Source: Candidatus Uhrbacteria bacterium (GTDB lineage Bacteria > Patescibacteriota > Patescibacteriia > UBA9934 > GWF2-40-263). Taken from it: 64,000 nucleotides of DNA. The notes under the pieces are model-generated. The model worked only from the letters and a program-made list of their open reading frames with translations, was not told where the DNA came from and searched no databases. Numbering within the stretch: position 1 is the first letter of the stretch; each line of letters begins with the position of its first letter. The position numbers and the translations under genes were made by a program. Location: NCBI GenBank assembly GCA_013204385.1, contig JABMNY010000031.1, forward strand, positions 1,168 through 65,167, read 5' to 3'. This document shows positions 28,312 to 38,976 of the stretch, in pieces.

Positions 28312-31300
28312 TTATTCGTAAGGACAGTACGTTATATTGAAGTCGCTGAATTCCATTGTTCCAGTTCCATAAAATGCATTTCTGAGTGGAATCACCTGTT
28401 CCGTTGACTGACAGGCAAACGCTGTTGGAAATGGAAGTTCGACATTTGAACCTGATTGAACTTCACTTGTTGTAGTATAGGTTCCATCGTCATCCGTTGT
28501 CGTAAATGTTACCCGTGTCCCAAGAATGGAATCCACAATCGCGGCATACATCTCAGCAATTTCGTCTGAGCTGGATGCTGAAAACGCATAATCTCCCTCA
28601 CAATCTCCAGTGGACGTCACGCTACTCCACGCACATTCATTACTAGACATATGTGCCATATATCCCTTTAGATCACTGTCTGTTGTGACCGCTGCTGAGT
28701 AAATGAGGATGTCACTTCTTGGCACACCTTCCGTAGATCCATCAATAAGTACATCGGAGATCTCAGCTACACACGCAGGAACATCCGCATAATATGATGT
28801 CGATGGATAATTAGACCATGCATATCCAGAACATCCGGTAGACGAACCAACATTGAAAGTGCTATTGAGACCTGGATCTCCATCAGATAAGAGAACTACA
28901 ATTTTTACTTCGGCTGTAGATGCGCTCAGGATAGAAATAGCTTCACTCAATCCGTTATACGTAGGTGTTCCATTTACTACAGAATCGGCATAATCATCAA
29001 GGATACTCATCATGCTTGACTCCGACGAATATAAACTCAATCCAATATCAATTTCCGCTCCATCATCTACAGAACAATCTTCATCTTCACAATCAGCATT
29101 ATACTGACAGACATTGCCATCATCTGACCCCCCACTACAAAGTCCTGTTGATCCAGAGAAGGAGACGAGGGAAATCTGCATGGTCGCATCCAGTGAACCG
29201 TACGCATCAAAAAGATCTGAAACAGCATCTCGCGTTGCTTCAACCACATAGTCAATTCTTCGAATTCCAACAGGAGCTCCAGAAGCTTCACATGTCGACC
29301 CATCACATGATGAAGAACTTGTACACGCATCTCCGTCATTGGTTCCCCCATTACAATACTGATTCGTGTCCACATCCCAATCCATACTTCCTGAAAGATC
29401 CGTGACGAATACAATATCAACATCTGGATGCTCCACATCTTCATCATTAATATCTGCTGTAATCGATGTTGCAACACTGCAGGCTGGAATATAGAGCGCT
29501 GCATTATCAGGAGAATCGCCTTCATCATTCAGATAACTATAAAGCCTAATGGACTCTCCAGGAGTAGCTCCTAACGATTCACTCACAACAAATAATCCTG
29601 TCGTCTCATAAGATGTCGGACATGATGATCCGCAATTATCAGCGCAAATTGGTGCCACACAATCTCCTCCACTACAGGAATTGACGTCATTTCCTGATGT
29701 AAGCTCAGAAACCGTTCCACTACTTGCGTACGTTGTGTAGTTGAGTGTGCAATATTCTCCATTTTCCGTTCCCCCATTACAAACTCCAAGCCATCTACAG
29801 GTATAGCCATCTGAATCTGTTGTGTCATATTCCTCTGAAGCACAGGAGCCCGTTATGCTTCCTGATGTTGAATCATAATTCTTAAACGCGGTTGAATACG
29901 TTCCGTCACACACTTCAGAACCATTCACAACCCCATCTCCACAATAGGCTCCAGAGGTCGTCTTATACTGACAGATTGTGTTGCAATAATTACATGTACT
30001 GCCATAGTCGGCTTCACATAGCACTCCATTTCCTCCATGACTATCAACTTCCCCATCATCACAAGACTCGACGCCAACATAGACATAATCATCTCCACAG
30101 ACGTTTTCTTCACAGGTATTCAAACACGAATCATTGTTTGAGGAGTTTCCATCGTCGCACGCTTCATCTCCTTCCACTGTTCCGTTTCCACAAGTCTGAT
30201 CTCCTCCAACAGGACCCGTCCAAGTTGTTGGCCATTCACAAGATGAAGAGCAGGTTCGATAGCGATAAAGGTCGTATGTATTTGTAGAACATGCTCCACC
30301 ATTATCTTCACAATCTTCATTTGTATCTGTTGAATCACACGTATCTCCCGCATCATCCCCACCAATACAAATCGTTCCTGAACCCGCTGCTTCATATCCT
30401 GTCCCACCACAGGTATCCGTTCCATCACAATCACTGGTGGTCGTACAAGTTGTCACTCCATCAGAACAGAGTTTTCCTTCCCAGGATTCATAATCCCCGT
30501 CACAAGATTCACTTCCATTTACAATTCCATCTCCGCAAGAGAGCCCAGGAAGCGTGCAATTATACGCACAGTTATCTCCACCCGCATCATACTGTCCGTT
30601 TGAAGTTGCGCACCATGGAGAAGCAGTTGTTCCTGTTGCATCTGGACCTATTGTTGCCCAACTACTTGATTCTAAAATCACACTTGCATACGTGCTCGTT
30701 GTTCCACAATCACATTGCTCAGAACCAGCTAAATATCCATCTCCACAGGAGAATGAACCTGTGGCAGTACAAGTGTCTCCACAATGTCCGTAGGTTCCGT
30801 TCAATGAGCCATCATCACAATCCTCACCTGTTTCCACGACACCATTTCCACAATCATAAGGGATGCATTCTGCTCCTGCAAATTCTGCTTCTGTTTGATC
30901 TTGAAAATCTGAACAATCTGATAAACAGGAAACGGCAATCACTCCACCAGAAGCAGTGCAAGCAATGGTCATTGTATCTCCAATCTCACAACCTTCTAAC
31001 GCTCCTTGTGTTCCATCTCCACATAACGCTGAGTCTCCCCAAGTGCTTCCATCACAGAAGACCGGTGTCAATGAAAATCCGCTCATGACAGAACTTGGCG
31101 CGTTTCCTGTTGGATACTCAACTGTAATCGTTCCCTCGTCTGTAGAATCCGCATCTATATCTTCGGTCCATTCATATTCTCCAGAAAGTTCAAGGGTTGC
31201 ATAAAGTTTGTACGCCTCGCCTCCGACACTCTGATAGCCATACACATGTGAATTCTCTGGACACATAAACGTTCCAGATTCTCCGTTCCAACAAGAAGCA

Positions 31301-34300
31301 GAATCGTATCCGTCTTCTGAGCAGTTAAAAAATTCGTTTATTGGATCCGTTGGAAGTGTCGTTCCAAGTTCATTTGCAAGTGAGGCATTCCAAGAGCTCC
31401 AGATAGAGTTTGAGATTGCAGGAATAAACGTCCCAGATTGCACATCAGGAAACCCTACAACACAGACCTCTGTTCCAGGACAATCCTCATCTGCGTCACA
31501 AGATTGACCTTGTGTTACGGCACAATGTCCATTCTCCTCTCCGTAGGAATCGAGTGATGAAGCAAGGGCAGTCACGTCAATAAGTCGTTGCATGTCGCGT
31601 GTCAATTTTGCTTTTTGTCCATCACAGACAATAGTCTCTTCCTCAAACTCTTCATAACAATCCCCATCCCATTCACAGCTCACATACTCCTCATCCTCAT
31701 TCAGCGCATACGTTCCATCAGATTCATCCTGACACAAATTGATATTTGTCACTTCAAGATTATTCGCGTTAAACCGCCAATTCGTAAGCAATTGAGAGAA
31801 GATCTCCTCTGATTCTGCACTCGCATTGTCGTTATAGGAAACAACATACATGTTTGGATAGATATCTCCTGACGATTCAATAAGGTTTGCAGCTGCAGCA
31901 TACAGCGTATTTCCAGACTCAACCGCTGAATAGGAATCAAGTTCCGTCTGTGTAAATGCTCCCGTAAACTGTTGTTCCTCCACCCAATCAGCAGGTGAGA
32001 GATAACTTGCATTTGGAAGGACACGTACTCCAATCGCATCACTTGATCCTTCAACTTTAAAGATAATTTCTTGTCGAATCACCGATGAATCAAATGATGT
32101 GACATCGATTGGATCACCGAGCGCAGGAAGATCATCTTCTGTTCCATCTTCTCCTGCATCGCGACAGTAATAAAATGAGAAATAACTTGGGAGTACATCC
32201 TCCACGTATGGAAAACTTAAGGTTTCTGAAGCAAGGGAAGGCCATGGATTCTCACACAAAAGAGCTCTCACTTCTAGCGTTCCGGAAACAGTTCTTGCAG
32301 GAGATGATTCATCTGCATCCGTAGTTTCATCGTCTTCAATCTCAGCAGTAGATGGGTCAAACAACTCATCATCTGTAATGGTTGCAATCGCAAGCACGAT
32401 TTCACTTCCGTCATTTCCACTTGCGGTAAAACTACGAGTTGTGTCTTCTGGCTCCTCTGTCTCTGGGGTTATAACATTTGTTGAAGCAGAGTCTGTAATC
32501 GAAGATGCCCAAGACCAATCCCAATCATAGAGTCCTTCAATTGGAGAGATTTCTTGATATCCTCCAGCGCGATATGTTTGTGGTGTCGCGACAAACGCAT
32601 GCTCTTCTCCTGTTGTACTGAAATACTGAATACTCAAAGATTCATACTCTTCTGCATCCACATCCCCTGTATCCTCAAGAAGCACGCGATCAAGATCACA
32701 AATCTCTTCACCGATCGCAAATTTTTGACTGAAATATTCATCTTCGCAATCATCATCAATACAGAGAGTTACATCGTTTTGACTCAAGACACCTGTCTTT
32801 TCACTATCTGTTGGAGTCTCGTCGCCCACAACAACCAACTTATAGATTGCATTTTCTTGTAATAATTCACTGAAACGAAGATACACACGGGAGGTTCCAT
32901 CACCATTTTGCACGATCGAATAACTCGTGACCGGCACGTAACAGGAAAAAGTACTTGACGCCTGAACCTCACGACCAAACAACCCAAGAACAACTGATTT
33001 TATAAAATGCCAAATCTTTCCTCCGAAGCTCACAGACTCTGAACCAAGAGAACCAATGTACCCGGACGGACAATCTGCAATGTCGCTCACCGTCTCTTGA
33101 GCTCCGTCTCCATCTGAGTCAACGGAAACAAGATCAATGTAGAGATTTGAATCAAATTCATCCTCTTGAATTGTTCCATCCCCATCTAAATCCTCGGACG
33201 TTCCAAAGGTTGTCTCATCCATCGATTCTGAAAATTCAATCCATACAGCACTATTTCGACAGAACCCCTCATCCGTTCCTGCAAGAAATGCCACAGAGTT
33301 ATCTGCGGGAGAAAGTTCTCCAATTGTTGGACGTTCATAACAACAGTTACTTTCCCCACATCCCAAACCAGCCGCTCCACACGAATTATCTGTGGTACAA
33401 GCACACTGTAATCGAAGCGTTGCCTCTCCTTCCACATCCTCATCCACAACAACAGAAATGGTCGAGATAGCGTATCCTGTGTCTTCGTTTACTTCCGTTG
33501 GAGCACCTGTTGCAACTTGCGCAACACCATAATCTCCTGCTGAGAACGAGGCTGTTGAAAGGGCGTCACAATCCTCTGCGGTTCCAACAATGCCGTCGCC
33601 ACAAAAAGATGGTGTCGCATACTCGTACGACGACCCAAGCCAGAGACAACTGCTTGAACATCCCTCGTCTCCGTCACATGCTTCTCCGGTGTCTACATCT
33701 CCATTTCCACAACAGTTTGCTGAATCACTGGTTGGACACACACTGCTTCCTTCGTACAAACACTCAGAAGAACATCCATCGTCTTCCGCAGAATAATCAC
33801 CTGGGTCACAGTCTTCTCCTTCGTCAATGGTGCCGTCTCCACAAATGGCATAGACATCGTCTTCTGAAGCAGATCCTTCTAAGAGGCAATTCCTTGAACA
33901 ACCATCACCACTTGATGTGTTTCCATCATCGCAATCCTCACCTCCAGTATTTACCACCCAATCCTGTGTTCCATCTCCGCAGACTGAACCGATCGACCGA
34001 GCTCCCTCATTTTTACATGAAGAGGAGCATCCATCACCACTCGTAATGTTTCCATCGTCACAATCTTCTCCTCCCGCAGAGGCTGACCAATCTCGTACTC
34101 CATTTCCACAACAACCTGAACCTGAACGTTCACAGCTATCGCCAGAGTAATAAACACACTCACTACTTGCGCCAGAACAAACACCTCCTGAGAGAGAACA
34201 AGCTCCTACACAAGAACCTGAATCACAGACCCCGTCGTTGGAACACGATGTGTCTGCGTCCTCAAAATCTTCACACAAACCAGCTTCCGAACAGCTTCTG

Positions 34301-37300
34301 CTTTCACATCCTTCGTCTCCTACACAGGCATTACCCACATCTGAAGCAGATGTGCACATAGCGCTTGCACACGTCTCATTACAGGATGCGTCGTTTGTAC
34401 ACTCCGCTCCTGAGGAACTACATGTTGCATCACACTGTACTGATCCTTCATTTAAACACACAGCAGAACATCCATCTCCAGCCTCTGTCCCGCCATCATC
34501 ACATTCTTCGGAATCTTCTACTGATCCATTTCCACAAACTCCGTCAGCGATCGTGACAGGAGCCCCCGCATTCAAGCACGCTGCTGTACAGTAACTTGCA
34601 ATATCAGATGTCAGCTCGATCGCTCCATTTGAAATCATGTAGGAAACGACCTCATCTGAATCCGTGGTACTGGTACTCACTCCATTTTGATTTTGCGCGT
34701 CAGTCGAAACCCATGCATCCCAAAGGTAAGATCCTGACTGAAGCGTTTGACCCTGATCTGAACAATCATCAGGGGCTCCTAATGCAAATGCATCAAACTC
34801 TGCGCGATCTCCCACATAGTAGAGCGTTGCGACAGATGGATCGAGTGTAAGCGAATCAACCGCACAACTCACCGCATCATTTTTTGTTCGAAACACCCAT
34901 GAGAACGCATCTTCAAAATACCGGTTATCATCCGTTCCGTAATTGGAACCTGAGTCAGAAAGAGCAACTCCCGTACAAGAATAAATTTCTGTCGCATCAA
35001 CAACTACGCGATACCAGGTATTGGGCTCTAAGGTCTCTCCATCATTAAAATTAATATAGAACTTCTGGGTTGAATCTTCTTCTGTCTCACAGGTATCGCC
35101 TGAAAAACTCACTGAGGCAACTTCTGCAAACTCCGTCAGTTCTGATGTTTCACACAATGAGTTGTCACATTCATATAATGTGACAGCGCCTGCTCCAATC
35201 GTTCCTCCATCCATCTTTGTATTAAATTCAGCCCAAGGCAACGCGTTCACACACGCGGTTGTACATTGTGGAAAGTAATCTTCAATTTCTGGATCGAGAA
35301 AATTAATCGTCAACTCCCCCTCACCCGATGGATCTCCTTCTGCGTCTGTAACGGTTGCGGTAATAATGGCTGGATCATCTGAAGTCGTTTCAGATTGTGC
35401 ATACACTTCATTCACACACACACCAGACCATTCAGATGTTGGAATTAACACATCGTCTGAAACAGAATCCCAATACAAGGTATATCCAGCACAACTCAAC
35501 GCAACACAACTATCGTTTTGTGCGGTCAGCTGAGCTGTGTAGTCAACGTATGCTTGTTCTGTTTGCGTATATTCCCCTGGACGCACATTCACGTCTCCCA
35601 CCTCACATAATTCCGTAGAGCTACTTGTTGTAAACTCCCAATCAAAATCTTCCGCGAGATATCCTCCATCTGCACTTTGGATTTGATCTCCTCCCTGAAG
35701 AGAGACCTGGTAATGTGTCCCCGCTTCAAACAACCCAGACGTAGGTTGCCAGGAAAATCCTGTTTCGTCTGGAGTAGGCATTGTGCCTTCGACAACCTCC
35801 CAAGTCTTACACTCTCCTTCACTTGCCAAGACACAAGACTCGTCCTCGTCTTCACAATCTCCAACATCGTCACACGCATCTCCTGAAAACGAGCAATAGC
35901 GGTCTTCTGCGGTTTCTTCTTCAAGGGTAAATTCTGAACTACAAGAACGAACAATAACCGTCGATGTCGTAAGTGTATCGCCGTTCATCGCCATATTAAA
36001 CTCAGCTTGCACACTTGCATTCAAACAAATATCGTCTGGGTCGCTCCATCCATCCCACGGAGATGGAGAAGTTCCATCTTCATCACAGGCAAGAATGACA
36101 CGCGGGGTATTTGGTGTAATCCCTGTCGTAATTTTAAATGCATAATGTGCTGACACTTCTTCTGTCTCGTCACAGGTTTCTGAACACGAACCATTAGAGC
36201 AACAACTCTCCCCCTCAGAACACAGGTCTGCATCCTCGCGACAATCTCCTACACTAAATGTCACAGAATTAGATGAATACCCACTTTCAGACTCTTCAAT
36301 ATAAACAGGTCCAGTTGCGGCTTCATCTGGAACGATCACAGATGAAATTTCATCATTTGCCCAAACCCCAAAAGTGGTCTCTTGTGTGGAATAAAAGACA
36401 ACCGTTCCATCATCAGACCCAAGATTCTCTCCGTAGAGCGTAATTTCAGATTCCGCTGGTCCAGCAGAAGGATCGATATTACAGATCGATGGTCCGGGCA
36501 CCTCATCAAGAACAACAAAATCCTCTGCTCCTGATGTATTTCCATCCGCGCGCTCAACAGTCAATGCGTGCGTGATTGCCTCAATCGCATCCTCATCTTC
36601 TGTAAGATACGTCTCAGGGACCTTCATGGTAATAGAGGTGTCATGCCAAAAATCTTCACCACAGACATCAGGAAAATCTGTATCTCCTAATGCAGTATAC
36701 CCAAGCGATTCGTTATCAAAGAAAACAGATCCAGTAGACGTTCCAAATCCCGTTCCATAAATCGTAATGTACTGACCTGCTGGCCCCCAATTGTCGGCAT
36801 CATCACATGTGGCCCCTTCACTACAATCATCATCAGATCCACAATGGGTATTATCATCTGAACATGCCTGCCAACCTGAATCAATAAAAGAAATGATTGG
36901 ACTAGAAGAACTTGAAGAGTCAGCTACGGTAAATGTAACTTTATTTGATCCAACACGGACTGATTCACAAGACCCTCCATCATCTCCACAATCGTCGTCA
37001 TCTCCACAGTACTCAAGTGTTTCAGAGCACCAAGACGCAGCACAACTCTCACCTGCATCTGTGTCACAATCTTCATCGTCTGTACAAGTATCTCCTGTAG
37101 CTACGTTATCTGTATCAACACACAGATAGTCCCCCGTAAACACTTGTCCACTATATCTTCCGGAATTCACATTTGGAACGGAAAGATTCAAGAGTGTGTC
37201 GGACCATGAAACATAGGTACTTGCTTCGTAGTTTGTAAAATAAAACGTAGAAGATCCTTGTGAATCTCCAAAACTGTTTCCGTACACTTCGATGGTAGAT

Positions 37301-38976
37301 CCATAGGTGTCTGAATCTGGATCAAGGAGACAAATTCCAGGTCGCGCAATCGCATTTACATCAAAGTCTGAAATGGATGGACCATAATCATCATCTGTTC
37401 GTTCTGTTTCGTCATCACTTGTCACAACAGAGATCGGTCCATCAATTGCCCCAGAAGGGACTTGGACAATAATCTCAGAATCTGACCATTGAATCTCAGA
37501 ATTACATTCGTAGGCAGATGCAGAGGTCTCGTCACTATTTTCTGTTCCCAAGAAATAGAGAACACCTTCCTCATCTCCAAACCCTTCTCCAGAGATTGTA
37601 ATCAGATTTCCTTCAGCTCCATCTCCTGCAGAAACACTCTCAATTTTTGGAATGGTAACGCATTGTCCGTCGACACATTGTCCGCTTGCACAATCGGAAT
37701 CTTCAGAACATGAATCTCCATCGCAAGACCCACAGTAGTAAGCACTTGAAGAATCTCCTCCGCAATCCACTTCTGTTTCACCCAAATCTTCATCGAGCAC
37801 TTCGTTATTACAATTTGCTGCACGCAACACAATTGAAACACGAGATGCCGTATCAGAATTACCGGCACAATCGTATCCTTTTGCCCAAATGTTATACGTT
37901 TCATTTGTGGTATATCCTTCTGTGTCCCATTCCTCAGCTGTATCACTAAAGAATGCATTTTCAACATTTCCTCCTAGCAGTTCACCTGCATTTGAATAAT
38001 CAACTCCTGAGGAATAGATCGCTTCCTCATCATCAATGACATAAAAATCAACGGTTGAAACACCACTATCATCTGATGTCAGAGCTTGTAAAAGTTCAAT
38101 AGAACCCGCATAAAAACTCTCACCGTTTTCAGGAGCATCGATCTCAACGGTTGGATCTGCGATATCCACCTCTGATCCTGTTGTAAAACTAAAGGAGCAT
38201 GGATACGAACTTGAACAGGTCAGCGATGAACCAGCTGATGAATCGATTACCGTTGAATCGAGATCAATCGTATAACTACTGAGGGGATCAAAACAGGACT
38301 CATCTTCATATGGACTGTCACATGCTTGCGAAGGGGTAAACGTTACTGTACGACTCGAAACAATGAACGTTCCCTCAACAGCATCTCCTCCAGCATCTCG
38401 AATAAGGATACCTTCTTCCACAGTGTCCCCATCAATTTTCTTTGAGAAAACAAACTGGAGCTGAAGATTCTGCAATGCCTCTGCGCACTCTGTGTTCACA
38501 GAACTCAAATAAAATGTGGAGCTTCCACTTCCGTCTGTATAGGAACCTGACGAGGACGAGCTTCCAGAAATATCACCACTCGTCGCCCCCACAAGCGCAT
38601 TTAAAATAAACTGTGCGATCGCAAAACTTGAAAATACCAGTATGAGTCCGATCACCGAATTAATGATGATCTTCTTAGCCTTTGCAATCCTCTCAGGACT
38701 TCCTCCTGCCGTCATGTACACAAACCCTCCGTAGAGTATGAACACGACCGTCACAACTCCCACGAGCGTAATTGCCGTTCGAATGAGACGTGCAATGATC
38801 ACAGTGATGCTTGCTGTGGTGGAGAACCCAGCAGTCTCTGCGAATGACTCAAGATTCACATCTTGAGCAAATACTGGCGCGGCAACGAAAATCCCAACAC
38901 ATAATATTAGTGCAAGGAAAACGCCTAAGTAAGTTGCCCGAGTGAATCTACGCATGTCGTTAAAGTTCAGTTTCAC
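28312..38976 (-). CDS. giant (3554 aa) cysteine-rich secreted surface protein: signal peptide, VirB2/TrbC-like two-helix membrane module, Ig-like domains, four IPT/TIG domains, two clusters of Myxococcus-type Cys-rich repeats and a C-terminal vWA domain; putative adhesin
   Basis: One uninterrupted 10.6-kb ORF. N-terminus: signal peptide ending FAQ, then IIARLIRTAITLVGVVTVVFILYGGFVYM...AKAKKIIINSVIGLILVFSSFAIAQFIL. IPT/TIG-like blocks (e.g. PKIESVSAGDGAEGNLITISGEGFG...). Many CGDG/CGNG-x5-8-E-x-CDDGN units. MIDAS motif DIVFVTDLSGSM. Plus-strand His-rich ORFs across this span are antisense artefacts. Confidence 0.85.
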   Translation of the reverse strand: MKLNFNDMRRFTRATYLGVFLALILCVGIFVAAPVFAQDVNLESFAETAGFSTTASITVIIARLIRTAITLVGVVTVVFILYGGFVYMTAGGSPERIAKAKKIIINSVIGLILVFSSFAIAQFILNALVGATSGDISGSSSSSGSYTDGSGSSTFYLSSVNTECAEALQNLQLQFVFSKKIDGDTVEEGILIRDAGGDAVEGTFIVSSRTVTFTPSQACDSPYEDESCFDPLSSYTIDLDSTVIDSSAGSSLTCSSSYPCSFSFTTGSEVDIADPTVEIDAPENGESFYAGSIELLQALTSDDSGVSTVDFYVIDDEEAIYSSGVDYSNAGELLGGNVENAFFSDTAEEWDTEGYTTNETYNIWAKGYDCAGNSDTASRVSIVLRAANCNNEVLDEDLGETEVDCGGDSSSAYYCGSCDGDSCSEDSDCASGQCVDGQCVTIPKIESVSAGDGAEGNLITISGEGFGDEEGVLYFLGTENSDETSASAYECNSEIQWSDSEIIVQVPSGAIDGPISVVTSDDETERTDDDYGPSISDFDVNAIARPGICLLDPDSDTYGSTIEVYGNSFGDSQGSSTFYFTNYEASTYVSWSDTLLNLSVPNVNSGRYSGQVFTGDYLCVDTDNVATGDTCTDDEDCDTDAGESCAASWCSETLEYCGDDDDCGDDGGSCESVRVGSNKVTFTVADSSSSSSPIISFIDSGWQACSDDNTHCGSDDDCSEGATCDDADNWGPAGQYITIYGTGFGTSTGSVFFDNESLGYTALGDTDFPDVCGEDFWHDTSITMKVPETYLTEDEDAIEAITHALTVERADGNTSGAEDFVVLDEVPGPSICNIDPSAGPAESEITLYGENLGSDDGTVVFYSTQETTFGVWANDEISSVIVPDEAATGPVYIEESESGYSSNSVTFSVGDCREDADLCSEGESCCSNGSCSETCDETEEVSAHYAFKITTGITPNTPRVILACDEDGTSPSPWDGWSDPDDICLNASVQAEFNMAMNGDTLTTSTVIVRSCSSEFTLEEETAEDRYCSFSGDACDDVGDCEDEDESCVLASEGECKTWEVVEGTMPTPDETGFSWQPTSGLFEAGTHYQVSLQGGDQIQSADGGYLAEDFDWEFTTSSSTELCEVGDVNVRPGEYTQTEQAYVDYTAQLTAQNDSCVALSCAGYTLYWDSVSDDVLIPTSEWSGVCVNEVYAQSETTSDDPAIITATVTDAEGDPSGEGELTINFLDPEIEDYFPQCTTACVNALPWAEFNTKMDGGTIGAGAVTLYECDNSLCETSELTEFAEVASVSFSGDTCETEEDSTQKFYINFNDGETLEPNTWYRVVVDATEIYSCTGVALSDSGSNYGTDDNRYFEDAFSWVFRTKNDAVSCAVDSLTLDPSVATLYYVGDRAEFDAFALGAPDDCSDQGQTLQSGSYLWDAWVSTDAQNQNGVSTSTTDSDEVVSYMISNGAIELTSDIASYCTAACLNAGAPVTIADGVCGNGSVEDSEECDDGGTEAGDGCSAVCLNEGSVQCDATCSSSGAECTNDASCNETCASAMCTSASDVGNACVGDEGCESRSCSEAGLCEDFEDADTSCSNDGVCDSGSCVGACSLSGGVCSGASSECVYYSGDSCERSGSGCCGNGVRDWSASAGGEDCDDGNITSGDGCSSSCKNEGARSIGSVCGDGTQDWVVNTGGEDCDDGNTSSGDGCSRNCLLEGSASEDDVYAICGDGTIDEGEDCDPGDYSAEDDGCSSECLYEGSSVCPTSDSANCCGNGDVDTGEACDGDEGCSSSCLWLGSSYEYATPSFCGDGIVGTAEDCDALSTASFSAGDYGVAQVATGAPTEVNEDTGYAISTISVVVDEDVEGEATLRLQCACTTDNSCGAAGLGCGESNCCYERPTIGELSPADNSVAFLAGTDEGFCRNSAVWIEFSESMDETTFGTSEDLDGDGTIQEDEFDSNLYIDLVSVDSDGDGAQETVSDIADCPSGYIGSLGSESVSFGGKIWHFIKSVVLGLFGREVQASSTFSCYVPVTSYSIVQNGDGTSRVYLRFSELLQENAIYKLVVVGDETPTDSEKTGVLSQNDVTLCIDDDCEDEYFSQKFAIGEEICDLDRVLLEDTGDVDAEEYESLSIQYFSTTGEEHAFVATPQTYRAGGYQEISPIEGLYDWDWSWASSITDSASTNVITPETEEPEDTTRSFTASGNDGSEIVLAIATITDDELFDPSTAEIEDDETTDADESSPARTVSGTLEVRALLCENPWPSLASETLSFPYVEDVLPSYFSFYYCRDAGEDGTEDDLPALGDPIDVTSFDSSVIRQEIIFKVEGSSDAIGVRVLPNASYLSPADWVEEQQFTGAFTQTELDSYSAVESGNTLYAAAANLIESSGDIYPNMYVVSYNDNASAESEEIFSQLLTNWRFNANNLEVTNINLCQDESDGTYALNEDEEYVSCEWDGDCYEEFEEETIVCDGQKAKLTRDMQRLIDVTALASSLDSYGEENGHCAVTQGQSCDADEDCPGTEVCVVGFPDVQSGTFIPAISNSIWSSWNASLANELGTTLPTDPINEFFNCSEDGYDSASCWNGESGTFMCPENSHVYGYQSVGGEAYKLYATLELSGEYEWTEDIDADSTDEGTITVEYPTGNAPSSVMSGFSLTPVFCDGSTWGDSALCGDGTQGALEGCEIGDTMTIACTASGGVIAVSCLSDCSDFQDQTEAEFAGAECIPYDCGNGVVETGEDCDDGSLNGTYGHCGDTCTATGSFSCGDGYLAGSEQCDCGTTSTYASVILESSSWATIGPDATGTTASPWCATSNGQYDAGGDNCAYNCTLPGLSCGDGIVNGSESCDGDYESWEGKLCSDGVTTCTTTSDCDGTDTCGGTGYEAAGSGTICIGGDDAGDTCDSTDTNEDCEDNGGACSTNTYDLYRYRTCSSSCEWPTTWTGPVGGDQTCGNGTVEGDEACDDGNSSNNDSCLNTCEENVCGDDYVYVGVESCDDGEVDSHGGNGVLCEADYGSTCNYCNTICQYKTTSGAYCGDGVVNGSEVCDGTYSTAFKNYDSTSGSITGSCASEEYDTTDSDGYTCRWLGVCNGGTENGEYCTLNYTTYASSGTVSELTSGNDVNSCSGGDCVAPICADNCGSSCPTSYETTGLFVVSESLGATPGESIRLYSYLNDEGDSPDNAALYIPACSVATSITADINDEDVEHPDVDIVFVTDLSGSMDWDVDTNQYCNGGTNDGDACTSSSSCDGSTCEASGAPVGIRRIDYVVEATRDAVSDLFDAYGSLDATMQISLVSFSGSTGLCSGGSDDGNVCQYNADCEDEDCSVDDGAEIDIGLSLYSSESSMMSILDDYADSVVNGTPTYNGLSEAISILSASTAEVKIVVLLSDGDPGLNSTFNVGSSTGCSGYAWSNYPSTSYYADVPACVAEISDVLIDGSTEGVPRSDILIYSAAVTTDSDLKGYMAHMSSNECAWSSVTSTGDCEGDYAFSASSSDEIAEMYAAIVDSILGTRVTFTTTDDDGTYTTTSEVQSGSNVELPFPTAFACQSTEQVIPLRNAFYGTGTMEFSDFNITYCPYE
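28777..29439 (-). other. von Willebrand factor type A domain of the giant protein (about aa 3180-3400)
   Basis: DIVFVTDLSGSM MIDAS motif (DxSxS) followed by the alternating beta/alpha pattern (...IVVLLSDGDPG...). Confidence 0.6.
29887..31029 (-). other. Cys-rich repeat cluster 2 of the giant protein (about aa 2650-3030)
   Basis: CGNGVVETGEDCDDGSLNG; CGDGIVNGSESCDGD; CGNGTVEGDEACDDGNSSNNDSCLNTCEEN; CGDGVVNGSEVCDG. Confidence 0.5.
33577..34545 (-). other. Cys-rich repeat cluster 1 of the giant protein (about aa 1478-1800)
   Basis: Units such as CGNGSVEDSEECDDGGTEAGDGCSAVCLNEG and CGNGVRDWSASAGGEDCDDGNITSGDGCSSSCKNEG resemble the Myxococcus cysteine-rich repeat (established family, recalled from memory). 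Confidence 0.5.
36247..37650 (-). other. region encoding four IPT/TIG-like domains of the giant protein (about aa 443-910)
   Basis: Positions derived by counting residues; motif pattern P.I.S..P..G..GT.ITI.G.GFG......V.F...... repeated four times. Confidence 0.5.

Noticed and set aside
28965-38000. Many plus-strand ORFs (up to 265 aa) rich in His, Leu, Gln and Arg overlapping the giant gene
   Set aside because: They are antisense reading frames of a long Cys/Asp/Gly/Thr-rich gene and have absurd composition (HHxxHxH strings). They are also mutually overlapping. None has a motif.
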